Positions 10,009-20,682 of a stretch of 64,000 bases of DNA are shown in pieces (the stretch's first letter is position 1; the number at the start of each line of letters is the position of its first letter). Below the pieces are notes generated by a model. That model was given only the letters and a program-made list of their open reading frames with translations. It did no database searches and was not told the origin of the DNA. This DNA is from Patescibacteria group bacterium. Its GTDB lineage: Bacteria > Patescibacteriota > UBA1384 > UBA12157 > JAENIV01. The position numbers and the translations under genes are program-made. Location: positions 36,524 to 100,523 of the forward strand of contig JBEKTP010000002.1 in NCBI GenBank assembly GCA_049515915.1. The letters are read 5' to 3'.

Positions 10009-10106
10009 TATTCCCTTCAAAAATCTAAAAACTATTGCACATATATTATATACCAAAGCTCTATAAAAACAAAAAACGGCCACCCATTTGCCGCGATTTT
10101 CGAAAT

Positions 10107-10383
10107 TGGCTCCCCGGGTCCGATTCGAACGGACAACATGCTCCTTACACTGATCTCCTAATTGCTTAAGAGGGTGGACTATCTCATCGCCATCTCTTTT
10201 GATTTAGGCGTAGGGCATATAGTCTCTGAACCTTCAACGATGTTACCATCGAAGCTTGGCTGCGGATTACCCTTTGATTACTCTTGGGGTTTCCCGACAA
10301 TTAACCCTATTTTTCAATCCGCCTTTCAGCGGAAAGCTGCAATATTCTTACAGGGAGCCGCTCTACCGTTGAGCTACCGGGGA
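10107..10383 (-). tRNA. tRNA-Asn(GUU), interrupted by a group I intron (exons 10350-10383 and 10107-10147)
   Basis: Joined exons give acceptor TCCCCGG/CCGGGGA+GCCA, anticodon arm GCTCC-CTGTTAA-GGAGC, T-arm GTCCG-TTCGAAT-CGGAC. Confidence 0.93.
10148..10349 (-). ncRNA. Group I intron (202 nt, no ORF)
   Basis: 5' exon ends in U pairing with G of IGS (CUGU/GCAG); P AATTGTCGGGAA, Q AATCCGCAGC, R GTTCAGAGACTA, S GAGATAGTCC; terminal G. Confidence 0.92.
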
Positions 10384-10426
10384 ATAATACTTTATATCTT
10401 AAATCATAACCACAGAATGGTCAACC

Positions 10427-11611
10427 TTATCTTAAATAATCTTTTAATTTATCGGCTTTTTCGGACTTTCGCAGTTTTTGCAATGATTTGGCCTCAATCT
10501 GGCGAATCCGTTCCCGCGTCACCCCAAATTCCTTGCCGACTTCTTCGAGCGTGTGAGTGCGACCGTCTTCCAAGCCAAATCTCATCTTTAAAATCTTTTG
10601 CTCGCGAGGGGACAAAAAAATCAGCGATTCACCGACATGACCTTTCATCAATTGATAAATGGCGTTTTCCTCGGGCGAGAGAGATTCTTTATCTTCGATA
10701 AAATCGCCCAGCCGCGAATCGTCTTCTTCACCGACCGGCGTTTCCAAGCTGACCGTTTCTTGAGAAATTTTTAAAATATGTTCCACTTTTTCGACCGGAA
10801 TACTCATCTCAGCGGCAATTTCTTCCGGTAATGGTTCGCGGCCTAAATCCTGAACCAGCTGTCTTTGAGTTCGAATCATTTTATTGATGGTTTCAACCAT
10901 ATGAACCGGGATTCGGATAGTGCGGGCCTGATCAGCAATGGCCCGGGTAATCGCCTGGCGAATCCACCACGTCGCGTAGGTCGAAAATTTATAGCCTTTA
11001 CGATAGTCAAATTTTTCAACCGCCCGTAAGAGTCCGGTGTTACCTTCTTGGATTAAATCGAGCAAAGAAAGTCCTCGCCCAATATATTTTTTGGCGATGG
11101 AAACCACCAATCGCAGATTGGCTTCAGCTAATTTTCGCTTCGCCGTCTCGTCCCCTGCCTCAATTCGTTTGGCTAACCGCACCTCGTCTTCAGTTTTTAG
11201 CAAAGAAATCCGGCCGATTTCTCTTAGATACATTCGAACCGAATCATCGGAAATATCTTTGATTTCGCTGGCTTTTTGTGTCGCTTCTGTCTCGATTTCT
11301 AAAAGCCTTTTTCCTTCGCGCACATCAATGCCCTGAACCGAAAACTCGTCATATAAAGCATCGAGTAAAGAAATTTTTTGTTCAGGAAAAGGAAAAGCTT
11401 GAAGAATTTCCTGATAGGTGACAAAACCGTGCTGGCGACCTTTATCCAACAATTTATCGAGCCCGCTCGGGAATTTTACCATCACATCTTTTTGGGATCT
11501 TCGAGCTTGAGCGATTTTTGATATTTTAACCACTTTCGAAGCTAAAACACGGGCTCTCGAATTTTTTCTTAAACGAGAAATCTCAGTTTTAAGATTTTTA
11601 TTTAATGGCAT
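10427..11611 (-). CDS. rpoD: RNA polymerase primary sigma factor
   Basis: [45 protein letters not shown]. Confidence 0.97.
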   Translation of the reverse strand: MPLNKNLKTEISRLRKNSRARVLASKVVKISKIAQARRSQKDVMVKFPSGLDKLLDKGRQHGFVTYQEILQAFPFPEQKISLLDALYDEFSVQGIDVREGKRLLEIETEATQKASEIKDISDDSVRMYLREIGRISLLKTEDEVRLAKRIEAGDETAKRKLAEANLRLVVSIAKKYIGRGLSLLDLIQEGNTGLLRAVEKFDYRKGYKFSTYATWWIRQAITRAIADQARTIRIPVHMVETINKMIRTQRQLVQDLGREPLPEEIAAEMSIPVEKVEHILKISQETVSLETPVGEEDDSRLGDFIEDKESLSPEENAIYQLMKGHVGESLIFLSPREQKILKMRFGLEDGRTHTLEEVGKEFGVTRERIRQIEAKSLQKLRKSEKADKLKDYLR

Positions 11612-13313
11612 CCTGAAACTCCTTCATTAAAACCTTTAACTTAGTTACATCGTGAGCGTTTTCGGCTTTCTTGATTTCCTCTGCATAATGACTTTTTAAA
11701 GACTCGCGCCGATGTTCTTTAAGATGAGTAATTAACTCTTCGAAATCTTCTTGTTCTTTTTCCGATTCGGCCTTATAAAGCTCATCTGCTTTTAAAACTA
11801 TCTGGGAAATCTCATTTTTTAGGCTACGCTCAGCCCGGTCTAAAAGAATCTTTAAGGTGATCTGATTGTCTTTATTATACTCTGAAAAAAGGAGATTGTA
11901 AATCTCTTTTTCCCGGGAATCGGCAAAGTCCTCCGGCCTAATTTTTCCTTTAATTTGCGCCAGTTTTCCAGGCTCACGTAAAACAATAGCCAAAAGCAGC
12001 GTCATCGGCGCCAAATTTTCTTTCTTCGTACTTTCTTTTTTTTGAGGATTGGTCTTATTTCCTTGCGCTTTCGAGAGCGCCGCAAAAATAATTTCCTCTT
12101 TAACTCCTAATTTATGGGCTAAAAGATTAATGTAATGGGCTTGCTCAACCGAGTCGGGAATAATTTTTATAATCGGTAATAATTCTTTGGCGATTTCTTT
12201 TTTTTCTTGCGCTGTGAGGATTTCACCTTTTCTATTTTTGAATGACAGACCGAAATACCATTCGACGACCGGCAAAGCGGTCTTGACGGCTTTCCGCCAA
12301 CGCTCGGGGGAATTGGCAATCATTTCGCCAGGATCTTTAAATCCACCCAAGTCAACCATTTTCACATTAAAACCTTCTTGGATAGCCATTTCATAAGCTT
12401 TCTTGGCCGTGGCTAACCCTGCTGTATCGCCGTCAAAAGCGAAAGTGATATTCGGGGTGTAACGATAGAGAATTTGTAAATGCTCGTCGGTCAGAGCCGT
12501 ACCAGAGGTGGCTACCACATTTTGGATCCCCGCTTGAAACGAGGCAATAACATCCATCTGTCCTTCAACTACCACCGCCACTTTCTCTTGTTTAATCGCT
12601 GCTTTAGCTTGATCAAGATTATAAAGCAATCGACCTTTATGAAAAATAATTGTGTCGGCAGTGTTGAGATACTTCGGCTGCTGATCGGCTGCCGTCACTC
12701 GCCCTGTAAAAGCAATGACGTGACCCATGGTGTCACGAATGGGAAAAATGATGCGACGAAAAAAGCGATCAGGGCGGCCAGCTTCGGTAATTTCTTTTTC
12801 GCTAAAACCTTTATCAAGGAGAAATTTTTTGAGTGCCCGAGATGATGGCGCGTAGCCGATTTGAAAATCTTTAATCGTCTGATCAGTTAATTTACGATCT
12901 TTAAGATATTTCAGCGCCGATTTGCCCGCCGGATGAGAAATGAGAATTTTATGAAAAACCCGAGCCGCCAGATCATTGATTTTATAAAGCCGGGTTTTAC
13001 GGTCGGTCTGAATCTGATCCGCTTTGAGATTACGCCGAGATAATTTAACCCCCGCCTGTTCGGCCAGCATCTCGAGCGCCTCACGAAATTCCAAATTTTC
13101 CATCTTCATGACAAAAGTAAAAACATCCCCTCCAAAATTGCACCCGAAGCAATGAAAAATTTGCTTTTCGGGAGAAACCATCAGCGAAGCGGTTTTTTCC
13201 TGATGAAAAGGGCAAATGGCTTTATAATTGACGCCGGCTTTTTTGAGTGTGACGTAATGGGAAATAAACTCCACGATATCAATCCGACGCTTGATTTCTT
13301 CTACTTCATCCAT
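11598..13313 (-). CDS. dnaG: DNA primase
   Basis: CPFHQEKT zinc finger, [26 protein letters not shown]; start set at MDEVEE. Confidence 0.97.
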   Translation of the reverse strand: MDEVEEIKRRIDIVEFISHYVTLKKAGVNYKAICPFHQEKTASLMVSPEKQIFHCFGCNFGGDVFTFVMKMENLEFREALEMLAEQAGVKLSRRNLKADQIQTDRKTRLYKINDLAARVFHKILISHPAGKSALKYLKDRKLTDQTIKDFQIGYAPSSRALKKFLLDKGFSEKEITEAGRPDRFFRRIIFPIRDTMGHVIAFTGRVTAADQQPKYLNTADTIIFHKGRLLYNLDQAKAAIKQEKVAVVVEGQMDVIASFQAGIQNVVATSGTALTDEHLQILYRYTPNITFAFDGDTAGLATAKKAYEMAIQEGFNVKMVDLGGFKDPGEMIANSPERWRKAVKTALPVVEWYFGLSFKNRKGEILTAQEKKEIAKELLPIIKIIPDSVEQAHYINLLAHKLGVKEEIIFAALSKAQGNKTNPQKKESTKKENLAPMTLLLAIVLREPGKLAQIKGKIRPEDFADSREKEIYNLLFSEYNKDNQITLKILLDRAERSLKNEISQIVLKADELYKAESEKEQEDFEELITHLKEHRRESLKSHYAEEIKKAENAHDVTKLKVLMKEFQDAIK

Positions 13314-13464
13314 GTTATTTCTCCCAAGTCTCTTAGAATACCTTTTTGAGTATATCAAAAGACTTCTCAAAGACAACTTTTGCTTAATTATAGAGAAAAC
13401 ATTGGTAGCCAGGCACTTCGTGATATAATTAAATGGAATTATTTCATTTAGCTTAGGAGAAATT

Positions 13465-14592
13465 ATGCTCAAAAAAATTCTTGTCTTCGGACTTTTCGTG
13501 ATTTTAGTTATCCCGTCGGTAGCGGTCGCCGCCGAGTTTCGCACTTCAAAAAATGGCATGGTAGAAGTTGGCCAAACTGAGACGGCTAAAAATCTCTATC
13601 TTATCGCTCAAACGGTGAACTCCGAGGCCGCCGTCAGCGGAGATCTCGTCGCCTTTGCCTCTAATTTAAATATTAACGGGCCGGTTGAAAATGAATTAAC
13701 GGCCGCCGGTTCCTCTATTAACATTAAAAGCGATATCGGAACCAACACCCGATTGGCCGGCAACTCAATTAATTTCGAAGGAACAACTGGTCAAGATTTA
13801 ATGGTGGCCGCAAATACCATCACTTTGTCAAAAAACTCCCAAATTGGCGGCGATCTGGCCTTAGCTGGCAGCACGATGGAAATAGACGGCACTGTTTTGG
13901 GTAATGCTTGGATTTATGGCGGGTCAATCACCCTTAACGGTACTATTAACGGAAACGTCAAAATCAATAAATCTAGCAGTTTTACTCTTGGCGATAACGC
14001 TGTCATCAATGGTAATTTGACCTACTCTGCACCCGGCCAAGCGAAAATTTCGCCGAATGCTAAAGTTTTAGGCGCGATTAGTTTCACTCAGACAAAATCA
14101 GGCCGAACCTATTTCGGGAAAACCTTCGGCTTCCTCACCTTGTACAGTTTAATTGCTTCCTTTTTGCTCTTGATCGTCTTGGTTTACGTTTTTCCCAAGT
14201 CCATTCACACCTACTTAGAAAAAAGCTTTCATAAATTCTGGGCCAATCTGGGCTGGGGATTCGTCGCACTCATTATCTTACCGATCGCTTTAATTATTCT
14301 GATGCTCAGCGTTATCGGGCTAAAAATTGCCATTACAATTGGGTTAATCTATCTTGTAAGCTTTATTATTATCTCGATGATAACTCCGCTTTTCATCGGT
14401 ACTCTCTTGATTAAATGGGTTGAACGCCAAGGATACCAAGCCAATTGGCTGGTGATCATTGTCGGGCTAGTGGCCAGCTTCGTCATCGATTTAGTGCCGG
14501 TGATTGGACCACTGATTCTCTTCGGATTCTTCCTTGTGGCTTTAGGACAATTAATTCAAAACTCCGCCACCTATCTTAGGGCCCAGCGATAA
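13465..14592 (+). CDS. Bactofilin-like beta-helix plus multi-TM membrane protein
   Basis: Signal peptide, repeated V.GDL.AA...I.I.G units, C-terminal TM helices. Confidence 0.7.
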   Translation: MLKKILVFGLFVILVIPSVAVAAEFRTSKNGMVEVGQTETAKNLYLIAQTVNSEAAVSGDLVAFASNLNINGPVENELTAAGSSINIKSDIGTNTRLAGNSINFEGTTGQDLMVAANTITLSKNSQIGGDLALAGSTMEIDGTVLGNAWIYGGSITLNGTINGNVKINKSSSFTLGDNAVINGNLTYSAPGQAKISPNAKVLGAISFTQTKSGRTYFGKTFGFLTLYSLIASFLLLIVLVYVFPKSIHTYLEKSFHKFWANLGWGFVALIILPIALIILMLSVIGLKIAITIGLIYLVSFIIISMITPLFIGTLLIKWVERQGYQANWLVIIVGLVASFVIDLVPVIGPLILFGFFLVALGQLIQNSATYLRAQR

Positions 14593-14654
14593 TTTAGATC
14601 AAAACTCTCTTTAAAAACGTCTTGGACACTAATTGATAATAAAATTACTCGATG

Positions 14655-14822
14655 TTATTCTTCGTCTTTATTTTCCCCCTGCCAGCCGCCATACTCATCG
14701 TGCCAGGCCTTATGCTCTTCTTCAGTCATTTCTGACTCGCGCATAAACTTATCGTGCTCTTTTTGACCCCACGGCTTGGTTTTCGCTTTAAGTTTTCCAA
14801 TGATCTTCGGATCTTTTTTCAT
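14655..14822 (-). CDS. 55-aa charged protein (not in ORF track)
   Basis: Hand translation MKKDPKIIGKLKAKTKPWGQKEHDKFMRESEMTEEEHKAWHDEYGGWQGENKDEE*. Confidence 0.65.
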   Translation of the reverse strand: MKKDPKIIGKLKAKTKPWGQKEHDKFMRESEMTEEEHKAWHDEYGGWQGENKDEE

Positions 14823-14893
14823 TTTTTGCCTTATCTTAATCCTTGCAAACTACGATTAAAATTTAATCGATGTTTGTTAAATTCTACCTGTAA

Positions 14894-14936
14894 AAGGTTC
14901 CAAACTGCTGTTGGCGGAACGCTGGGGTCTAGAACC
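14894..14936 (-). repeat. Degenerate copy of tRNA-Ser 3' end plus flank (att-like)
   Basis: aaggttccaaactgctgttggcggaacgctggggtctagaacc resembles 16618-16659 aagttctaaacttcagctggcggagagggtgggattcgaacc. Confidence 0.6.
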
Positions 14937-14941
14937 TTTCA

Positions 14942-15688
14942 TTAGTTCCATTTGGTTAAAATCTCTTCGCGCTGGAAGGTGGCGAGGGAGAGAAAATAAA
15001 GCACAAGAGCGAGCGCAAATACGATCGCGGAAATAATCCAAAGATTGGTTGTGTTTAAAGTGTAAACGCCGATTTCACTGAGCACGTAAATCGCCATAAA
15101 CGGCAAAAGCGACAGGGAGCCGAATTGTTGGGCCGAGCGGATGTCGTTGAATTTGGCCGAAATCAAAACATTAATTTCAATCGCCGCAATACAAACCAGC
15201 GGCGCCAAAACAAGCAGAATTATCCACATCTCGGGGTTGGGATAATAAGTGTGGCCAAACGCTTTAGCGGTGACTTTATTCATTAAAATCATAAAGATGG
15301 TCCCGCCAATCCAAGTGGAAAGGATGGTTGGAATAAATGTTGCGAGGCCTTTGCCGATGATGATTTCCGCATCCGTGGTTGGCGTTGCCAAGAGCGGTTC
15401 CAAACTTTTCTGAACTTTTTCGCCGACAAAACTGTATGAGGCGATAGCCATCGGCAAAACGGCCGCGCCGATGGCGAAGAAGAATGCAAAAGCGGTCAAA
15501 ACGTTGGAGAAAGCCGCCAGGGTGGCTCCGGCGGGCGTGTGCGAATGACTTGTGGCATATTTGATAATCAGCGGCAGACCGACAGAGACGAAAATTTCAA
15601 AACCAACCATTGAATAAATAATCGCTTTGCGGTGGCGAAAAGTTTTAAAATCTTTTGTCGCGACAATCCAGGCTTTTGATAATCTCAT
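14942..15688 (-). CDS. ABC-2 type transporter permease
   Basis: SFVGEKVQKSLEPLLATP..IIIGK motif; multiple TM helices. Confidence 0.9.
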   Translation of the reverse strand: MRLSKAWIVATKDFKTFRHRKAIIYSMVGFEIFVSVGLPLIIKYATSHSHTPAGATLAAFSNVLTAFAFFFAIGAAVLPMAIASYSFVGEKVQKSLEPLLATPTTDAEIIIGKGLATFIPTILSTWIGGTIFMILMNKVTAKAFGHTYYPNPEMWIILLVLAPLVCIAAIEINVLISAKFNDIRSAQQFGSLSLLPFMAIYVLSEIGVYTLNTTNLWIISAIVFALALVLYFLSLATFQREEILTKWN

Positions 15689-16605
15689 TTTTCCTCCACA
15701 ATTTTCAAATAAGCCTCCTCTAAGTCTGGGTTAAGTTGAGAAATGGATTCTATTTGGCCGCCGGCTAAAACAATCGTCTTAGCAATCATGGCATTCTCCT
15801 TTTCGGGATCATCCACATCAATTGTGATTTCATTGCCTTTGATTTGAAGATTCTTTAAATTTAGTTTTTTAAGAGCTGCCAAAACTGCATCGGTAACTTT
15901 TTCCATTTTGATTGCGGTCTTGGCGCCCCAAATAGATTTTTTCAGCTCTTCTGGTGTGTTAATCGCCAGTAGCTTAGTTTTAATAATGCCGATGCGATCA
16001 CAAATGCGCTGGGCTTCGTCAAGGTTGTGAGTATTTAAGAAAATTGTCTTGCCTTCGTCTTTGAGTTTTAAAATAAAATCGCGAACCACTTTGGCGGCTT
16101 CCGGATCCAAATTGGCGGTCGGCTCGTCCATAAACAAAATTTTCGGGTCGTGGATGAGTGCACGGGCCAGCGCCACTTTTTGTTTCATGCCTTTGGAAAA
16201 ACCGCCGACGGCCTGATTGCGCTGCTCCCACAAATCAAACATTTTTAAAATCTTTTCGATGTTTTTGCCAATCTGTTCCTTGGGAACTTCGTATAATTTA
16301 GCGAAAAACTCGAGGTTTTCCCAAGCCGTCAGTTCTTCATAAAGGCCGACGTTATCGGGTACCAAACCGATCATTTTGCGGATTTTCAAGGAGTTTTTCA
16401 GGTCGGCCACATTTAAACCATCGATTTTTGCTTCGCCGCTGGTTATAGAAATCAGATCGGCCAACATTCGAATCGTCGTGGTTTTGCCGGCGCCGTTTGG
16501 CCCCAAAAAGCCAAAAATTTCGCCTTCGGCCACTTCGAAAGTAAGTCCATCAACGGCGGTAAAATCCCCAAATTTTTTAGTTAGATTTTTGGCTTGAATC
16601 ATCAT
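15685..16605 (-). CDS. ABC transporter ATP-binding protein
   Basis: GPNGAGKTT, FSKGMKQ, ILFMDEP. Confidence 0.95.
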   Translation of the reverse strand: MMIQAKNLTKKFGDFTAVDGLTFEVAEGEIFGFLGPNGAGKTTTIRMLADLISITSGEAKIDGLNVADLKNSLKIRKMIGLVPDNVGLYEELTAWENLEFFAKLYEVPKEQIGKNIEKILKMFDLWEQRNQAVGGFSKGMKQKVALARALIHDPKILFMDEPTANLDPEAAKVVRDFILKLKDEGKTIFLNTHNLDEAQRICDRIGIIKTKLLAINTPEELKKSIWGAKTAIKMEKVTDAVLAALKKLNLKNLQIKGNEITIDVDDPEKENAMIAKTIVLAGGQIESISQLNPDLEEAYLKIVEEK

Positions 16606-16633
16606 ATTTTTTATAATAAGTTCTAAACTTCAG

Positions 16634-16724
<91 letters not shown>

Positions 16725-16796
16725 ACTATTAAAATATTACCATATTTATATGGTTCAAGAAAGAGCAAAAGGATTTCCCCGTATCTTTTATGTAGT

Positions 16797-19700
16797 TCAT
16801 TCCTTATCGATGATATCGGAAAGCATGATTTTCTTTTCGACCGAAGCAATCAGTTTGCGAGTTTTAACGACCGAATCCGGCGAAACGGAAACCGAAGTCG
16901 CCCCTTCTTTAACCATCAGTTCGGCGATTTCCGGATAAGTCGTCGCCGCCTGACCGCAAATCGAACAAGTGATATTGTGGGCACGGCAGGCCTTAATCAC
17001 ATGGGCAATCGACAAGGTCACTGCCTCATCTCGTTCGTCAAATTCAGCCGCCATCGTTTCATTATCACGGTCAATCCCTAAAGTAAGTTGGGTCAAATCA
17101 TTTGAGCCAATCGAAATGCCATCGATGCCTTCCTCGATAAATTTATTGATTAAAATCACGTTCGAAGGAATCTCACACATCATCCAAAGTCGGAAGTCCG
17201 GGCCTTGTTTTAAACCCGAATCGGCGATCAAAGCTTTGACTTTTCTGAGCTCGTCGATAGTTCGGACAAACGGAATCATCAGCCATAAATTTTTGCTATT
17301 TTTACGGACTTTTTTAATCGCTTCCAATTCCAGCTTAAATAAATCCGGTTCTCTAATATAGCGGCTGGCGCCGCGATAACCGATCATCGGATTATTTTCA
17401 ACCGGCTCGATATCCTTGCCGCCCTCTAGGTTCCGGTATTCATTCGTTTTAAAGTCAGTCGCCCGATAGACCACCGGCCGCGGGAAAAATGCTTGGCAGG
17501 TCATCAGCAACCCTTCTTCGAGCTTACTAATATAGATGCTGGTCTTGCCTTCATTAACCAAGGCACGCGGGTGCTTGCCGATTTCAGCGATCATAAATTC
17601 CGCCCGCATCAGTCCGACGCCGTCGCAAGGCAATTTGGCCACTTTTTCGGCGGCCGAAGGCTCACCCAAATTAACATAGACTTTGGTGGCGGTGATTGGG
17701 ACCTCCTCGGCAAAACCACCCATGTCATCTTGATGGGCCGGTGCCTCTTCGCGAGAGACTTTGCCTTTATAAACCAGGCCTTTAGCGCCATCAACCGAGA
17801 CCACTTGGCCCATCGTTAAGGTATGAGTGGCGGTGCCGGAACCGACAACACAAGGAATCCCGAGCTCTCGGGAAACTATTGCTGCATGGCTTGTTTGTCC
17901 CCCGGTGTCGGTGACAATTGCCGCTGCTTTTTTCATGGCCGGTACATAGTCGGGCGAGGTCATTTCAGTAACTAAAACATCACCCTTTTTTACTTCATCA
18001 ATTTGATCGGGAGAATGAATAATTTTGACTGGCCCCGATGCCAACCCGATCGAAGCGGCTAGACCTTTCAAAATGACATTTGCTTTTGACTCTTCCTGCC
18101 CAGACTCCGGCGTTTCACCTTTTTGATTTTTAATATTTGATTTTTGATCTATCGTCGTAATCGGTCTCGACTGGACAAAATAAATATCTTTACCTTCAAT
18201 CGCCCACTCCGTATCTTGCGGAAAGTGGTAGTGATTTTCGATTTGTCTACCAAACTCGGCGACTCGTTTGATTTCTTCGTCGGAAAGTTTTTGTAATTTT
18301 TGTTCGTTTTTTAGCAAACTGACATGTTTATCGGCATTGCCCACTTTAGCAATTTTCCAAGGTTGCACATTAACTTCTTTAATTTCAATTTTCTGATCTT
18401 CTTTGTTAACAACATAACGGTCAGGAGTGACCGAACCAGAAACAATCGCTTCACCTAAACCAAATCCTGCCTCGATCACAATTTTGCTTTTATCATTGTC
18501 AACCGGATTGATCGTAAACATAATGCCAGACTTTTCAGACTGGATCATCTTTTGGATGGGAATGGCAATACCCACTTTCATATGATCAAAATTGTTAATC
18601 TTACGATAATAGATTGCCCGGGCCTCAAATAACGATGCCCACGACATTTTCACTGCTTTGACAACTTCGGTGCTCCCAGAGACATTTAAAAATGTTTTCT
18701 GCTGCCCCGCAAAAGAAGCCGAATTATGAGTAAAAATTCCGCCGAGACCAGCAGCAAAATTTTCATTTCCTGGCACAGAAAAGTCATAAACATCACCACA
18801 ATACTCAACCGGTTTAACTTCTTTAATTTCATCCCATAATACATCACGATCAAATATTCGATCAAATCCTCTAATATGGTACTGATCGAGAATTTGTTTA
18901 AATCTATTCTTGCTTAATCGTCCCGTGATCAAACCTTTATTCCAAGGAGCGGCTCCTTTTAAAAATCTTCCGGCCGCGTCATACCAAATATGGGTCTTGA
19001 TTTTTTCCTTATTCACCTGCTTTAAATAAAAAGAATGATGACATTTTTGACAATAAAATCTTAATCTGTTTTTATAACAACCCGATTTTTTTAATATAGT
19101 TTGACATTTCTGACAGCGGTAATGATACCTTTGTTCCTGTGGTAATCCTTCGATGAATTTTTGTCTGATTTGATAAGCAATTGTTTTCGAGACATCGATA
19201 TTTTCTTTAAATTCTTGATGATTACTCTTTTTCATATACTGTTCAACTAACATTTGTAATTTTTCTTTCTTATTTGGATGACTAAAGTTAACTCGCTCTT
19301 GAAAATTCTTAAAATCGGCATGAAGAATATAAATTGTTTGAGAATTATTTTTTTGCGTGAGAGAGAATCTCAAGCCTAATCTTTCAAGAAGTTTCACAAT
19401 TCCACCAATTAATAACGGGGAAGTCGAAGTATAACTTAAACTCGTATCAACCCCTCCATCTCCATCAAAACAACCTTGGAGAAACTCACCGATTAATTTT
19501 TCATTTAAGCTAAAAACAAAATCTGGTACCTTTTTAATCGAGCACGATCTTCCCTTGCCAATTTGAGCGGTCGGCTTTCCGGTTAGTTCATGAAGTAACC
19601 TGACAAGAGATTTGCAGTAAACCCTGATAGAACCTTTATTGATCTTTTGATTATGGTAGAGTCCTAATGATCGTAAAAAGTCCATAATTCTTCGCCGAAT

Positions 19701-20669
19701 AATAAGATTACTGCTCGTGACAACAACACAATTATTCTTATAAGTACATCCTTCAGCAACATAAATACCCAGAAAATAAAGCAGATCACCATTAATGATG
19801 ATTCGATTGGAGAGTGAATGCTGAATGCTCCAATTCATTGATTGATTGGTAATTTGAAGATAACCCGCTTTTTCAACGACATCGGCCCCTTGAACATAAT
19901 CCTTCACAACAAGATATTTTTGTTCTGCTCCTAGATTAGGGAGTTTTTTAATACAAGGTACCCGGCCATCTCTAATATTTTCGACAGCAATAGTCTTGGG
20001 CAACAAAGTCTCATTATCTAAAATAAGAGCTGAATGATTAGAACTAATCGTAATTTCTCGGCCAGTAGCGGTTTTTATTTTATAAAGTTTTTTATTGTTA
20101 ACGGGATGACGATAAAAATTGCTCACTTTCTTCCAAGTAATTCGACCATCTTTCATTGAGGGAATTCGAACCTTGCAAGCTAGATTTCCATCACTATCGA
20201 CCGTTCGACGATAGATATCTTTTATGGGTGAAAAAACCACCCGATCATTGATTTTGGCTATAATCTGCTCGTCTTCAGACACACTCGGTAGATCTTCAGC
20301 CGTGGCTGAAGATCTCACGGCTACAAAAATACTTGAGGCCTGAGTTGTGTAGAGCTTTTTATAAGCGGCGCTAATTTCGCTTTCTAAAGATTTTGGCATC
20401 GGCTCAGAAAGAATTTCTTTTTGGATATTGCTAGCCGTTTTATTTAACTCTTTCGAATTATTGACATCAAGATTTTTTAAAAGTTTATTAATGGTGATAT
20501 CCAAATTAGTGCTTTTGAGAAAATTAAAGTAAGCGGTGGAAGTAACAATAAAACCCGGCGGCACGGGCAAGCCCGCTCGGGTAAGTTCGCCTAAATTCGC
20601 GCCCTTACCGCCGACCAAACCAACGTCACCCTTGCCGACTTCCTTAAACCAAACAATATTTTTCGTCAA
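16797..20669 (-). CDS. ppsA: Phosphoenolpyruvate synthase precursor (769-aa extein + 521-aa intein)
   Basis: VGGKGANLGEL, VRSSATAEDLP..SASFAGQQ, GGQTSHAAIVSRE, SIGSNDLTQ; TTG start after GGAGG. Confidence 0.96.
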   Translation of the reverse strand: MTKNIVWFKEVGKGDVGLVGGKGANLGELTRAGLPVPPGFIVTSTAYFNFLKSTNLDITINKLLKNLDVNNSKELNKTASNIQKEILSEPMPKSLESEISAAYKKLYTTQASSIFVAVRSSATAEDLPSVSEDEQIIAKINDRVVFSPIKDIYRRTVDSDGNLACKVRIPSMKDGRITWKKVSNFYRHPVNNKKLYKIKTATGREITISSNHSALILDNETLLPKTIAVENIRDGRVPCIKKLPNLGAEQKYLVVKDYVQGADVVEKAGYLQITNQSMNWSIQHSLSNRIIINGDLLYFLGIYVAEGCTYKNNCVVVTSSNLIIRRRIMDFLRSLGLYHNQKINKGSIRVYCKSLVRLLHELTGKPTAQIGKGRSCSIKKVPDFVFSLNEKLIGEFLQGCFDGDGGVDTSLSYTSTSPLLIGGIVKLLERLGLRFSLTQKNNSQTIYILHADFKNFQERVNFSHPNKKEKLQMLVEQYMKKSNHQEFKENIDVSKTIAYQIRQKFIEGLPQEQRYHYRCQKCQTILKKSGCYKNRLRFYCQKCHHSFYLKQVNKEKIKTHIWYDAAGRFLKGAAPWNKGLITGRLSKNRFKQILDQYHIRGFDRIFDRDVLWDEIKEVKPVEYCGDVYDFSVPGNENFAAGLGGIFTHNSASFAGQQKTFLNVSGSTEVVKAVKMSWASLFEARAIYYRKINNFDHMKVGIAIPIQKMIQSEKSGIMFTINPVDNDKSKIVIEAGFGLGEAIVSGSVTPDRYVVNKEDQKIEIKEVNVQPWKIAKVGNADKHVSLLKNEQKLQKLSDEEIKRVAEFGRQIENHYHFPQDTEWAIEGKDIYFVQSRPITTIDQKSNIKNQKGETPESGQEESKANVILKGLAASIGLASGPVKIIHSPDQIDEVKKGDVLVTEMTSPDYVPAMKKAAAIVTDTGGQTSHAAIVSRELGIPCVVGSGTATHTLTMGQVVSVDGAKGLVYKGKVSREEAPAHQDDMGGFAEEVPITATKVYVNLGEPSAAEKVAKLPCDGVGLMRAEFMIAEIGKHPRALVNEGKTSIYISKLEEGLLMTCQAFFPRPVVYRATDFKTNEYRNLEGGKDIEPVENNPMIGYRGASRYIREPDLFKLELEAIKKVRKNSKNLWLMIPFVRTIDELRKVKALIADSGLKQGPDFRLWMMCEIPSNVILINKFIEEGIDGISIGSNDLTQLTLGIDRDNETMAAEFDERDEAVTLSIAHVIKACRAHNITCSICGQAATTYPEIAELMVKEGATSVSVSPDSVVKTRKLIASVEKKIMLSDIIDKE
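18723..20285 (-). mobile_element. Intein with LAGLIDADG homing endonuclease
   Basis: Block A SVSEDEQI, block B ISSNH, LGIYVAEG and FLQGCFDGDG, block F VYDFSVPGNENF, block G THN followed by Ser. Confidence 0.93.
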
Positions 20670-20682
20670 AGCCCCTCCCCTA

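Noticed and set aside
10162-10701. 179-aa + strand ORF as a possible intron-encoded endonuclease
   Set aside because: Antisense to the intron, tRNA and rpoD end; no nuclease motifs
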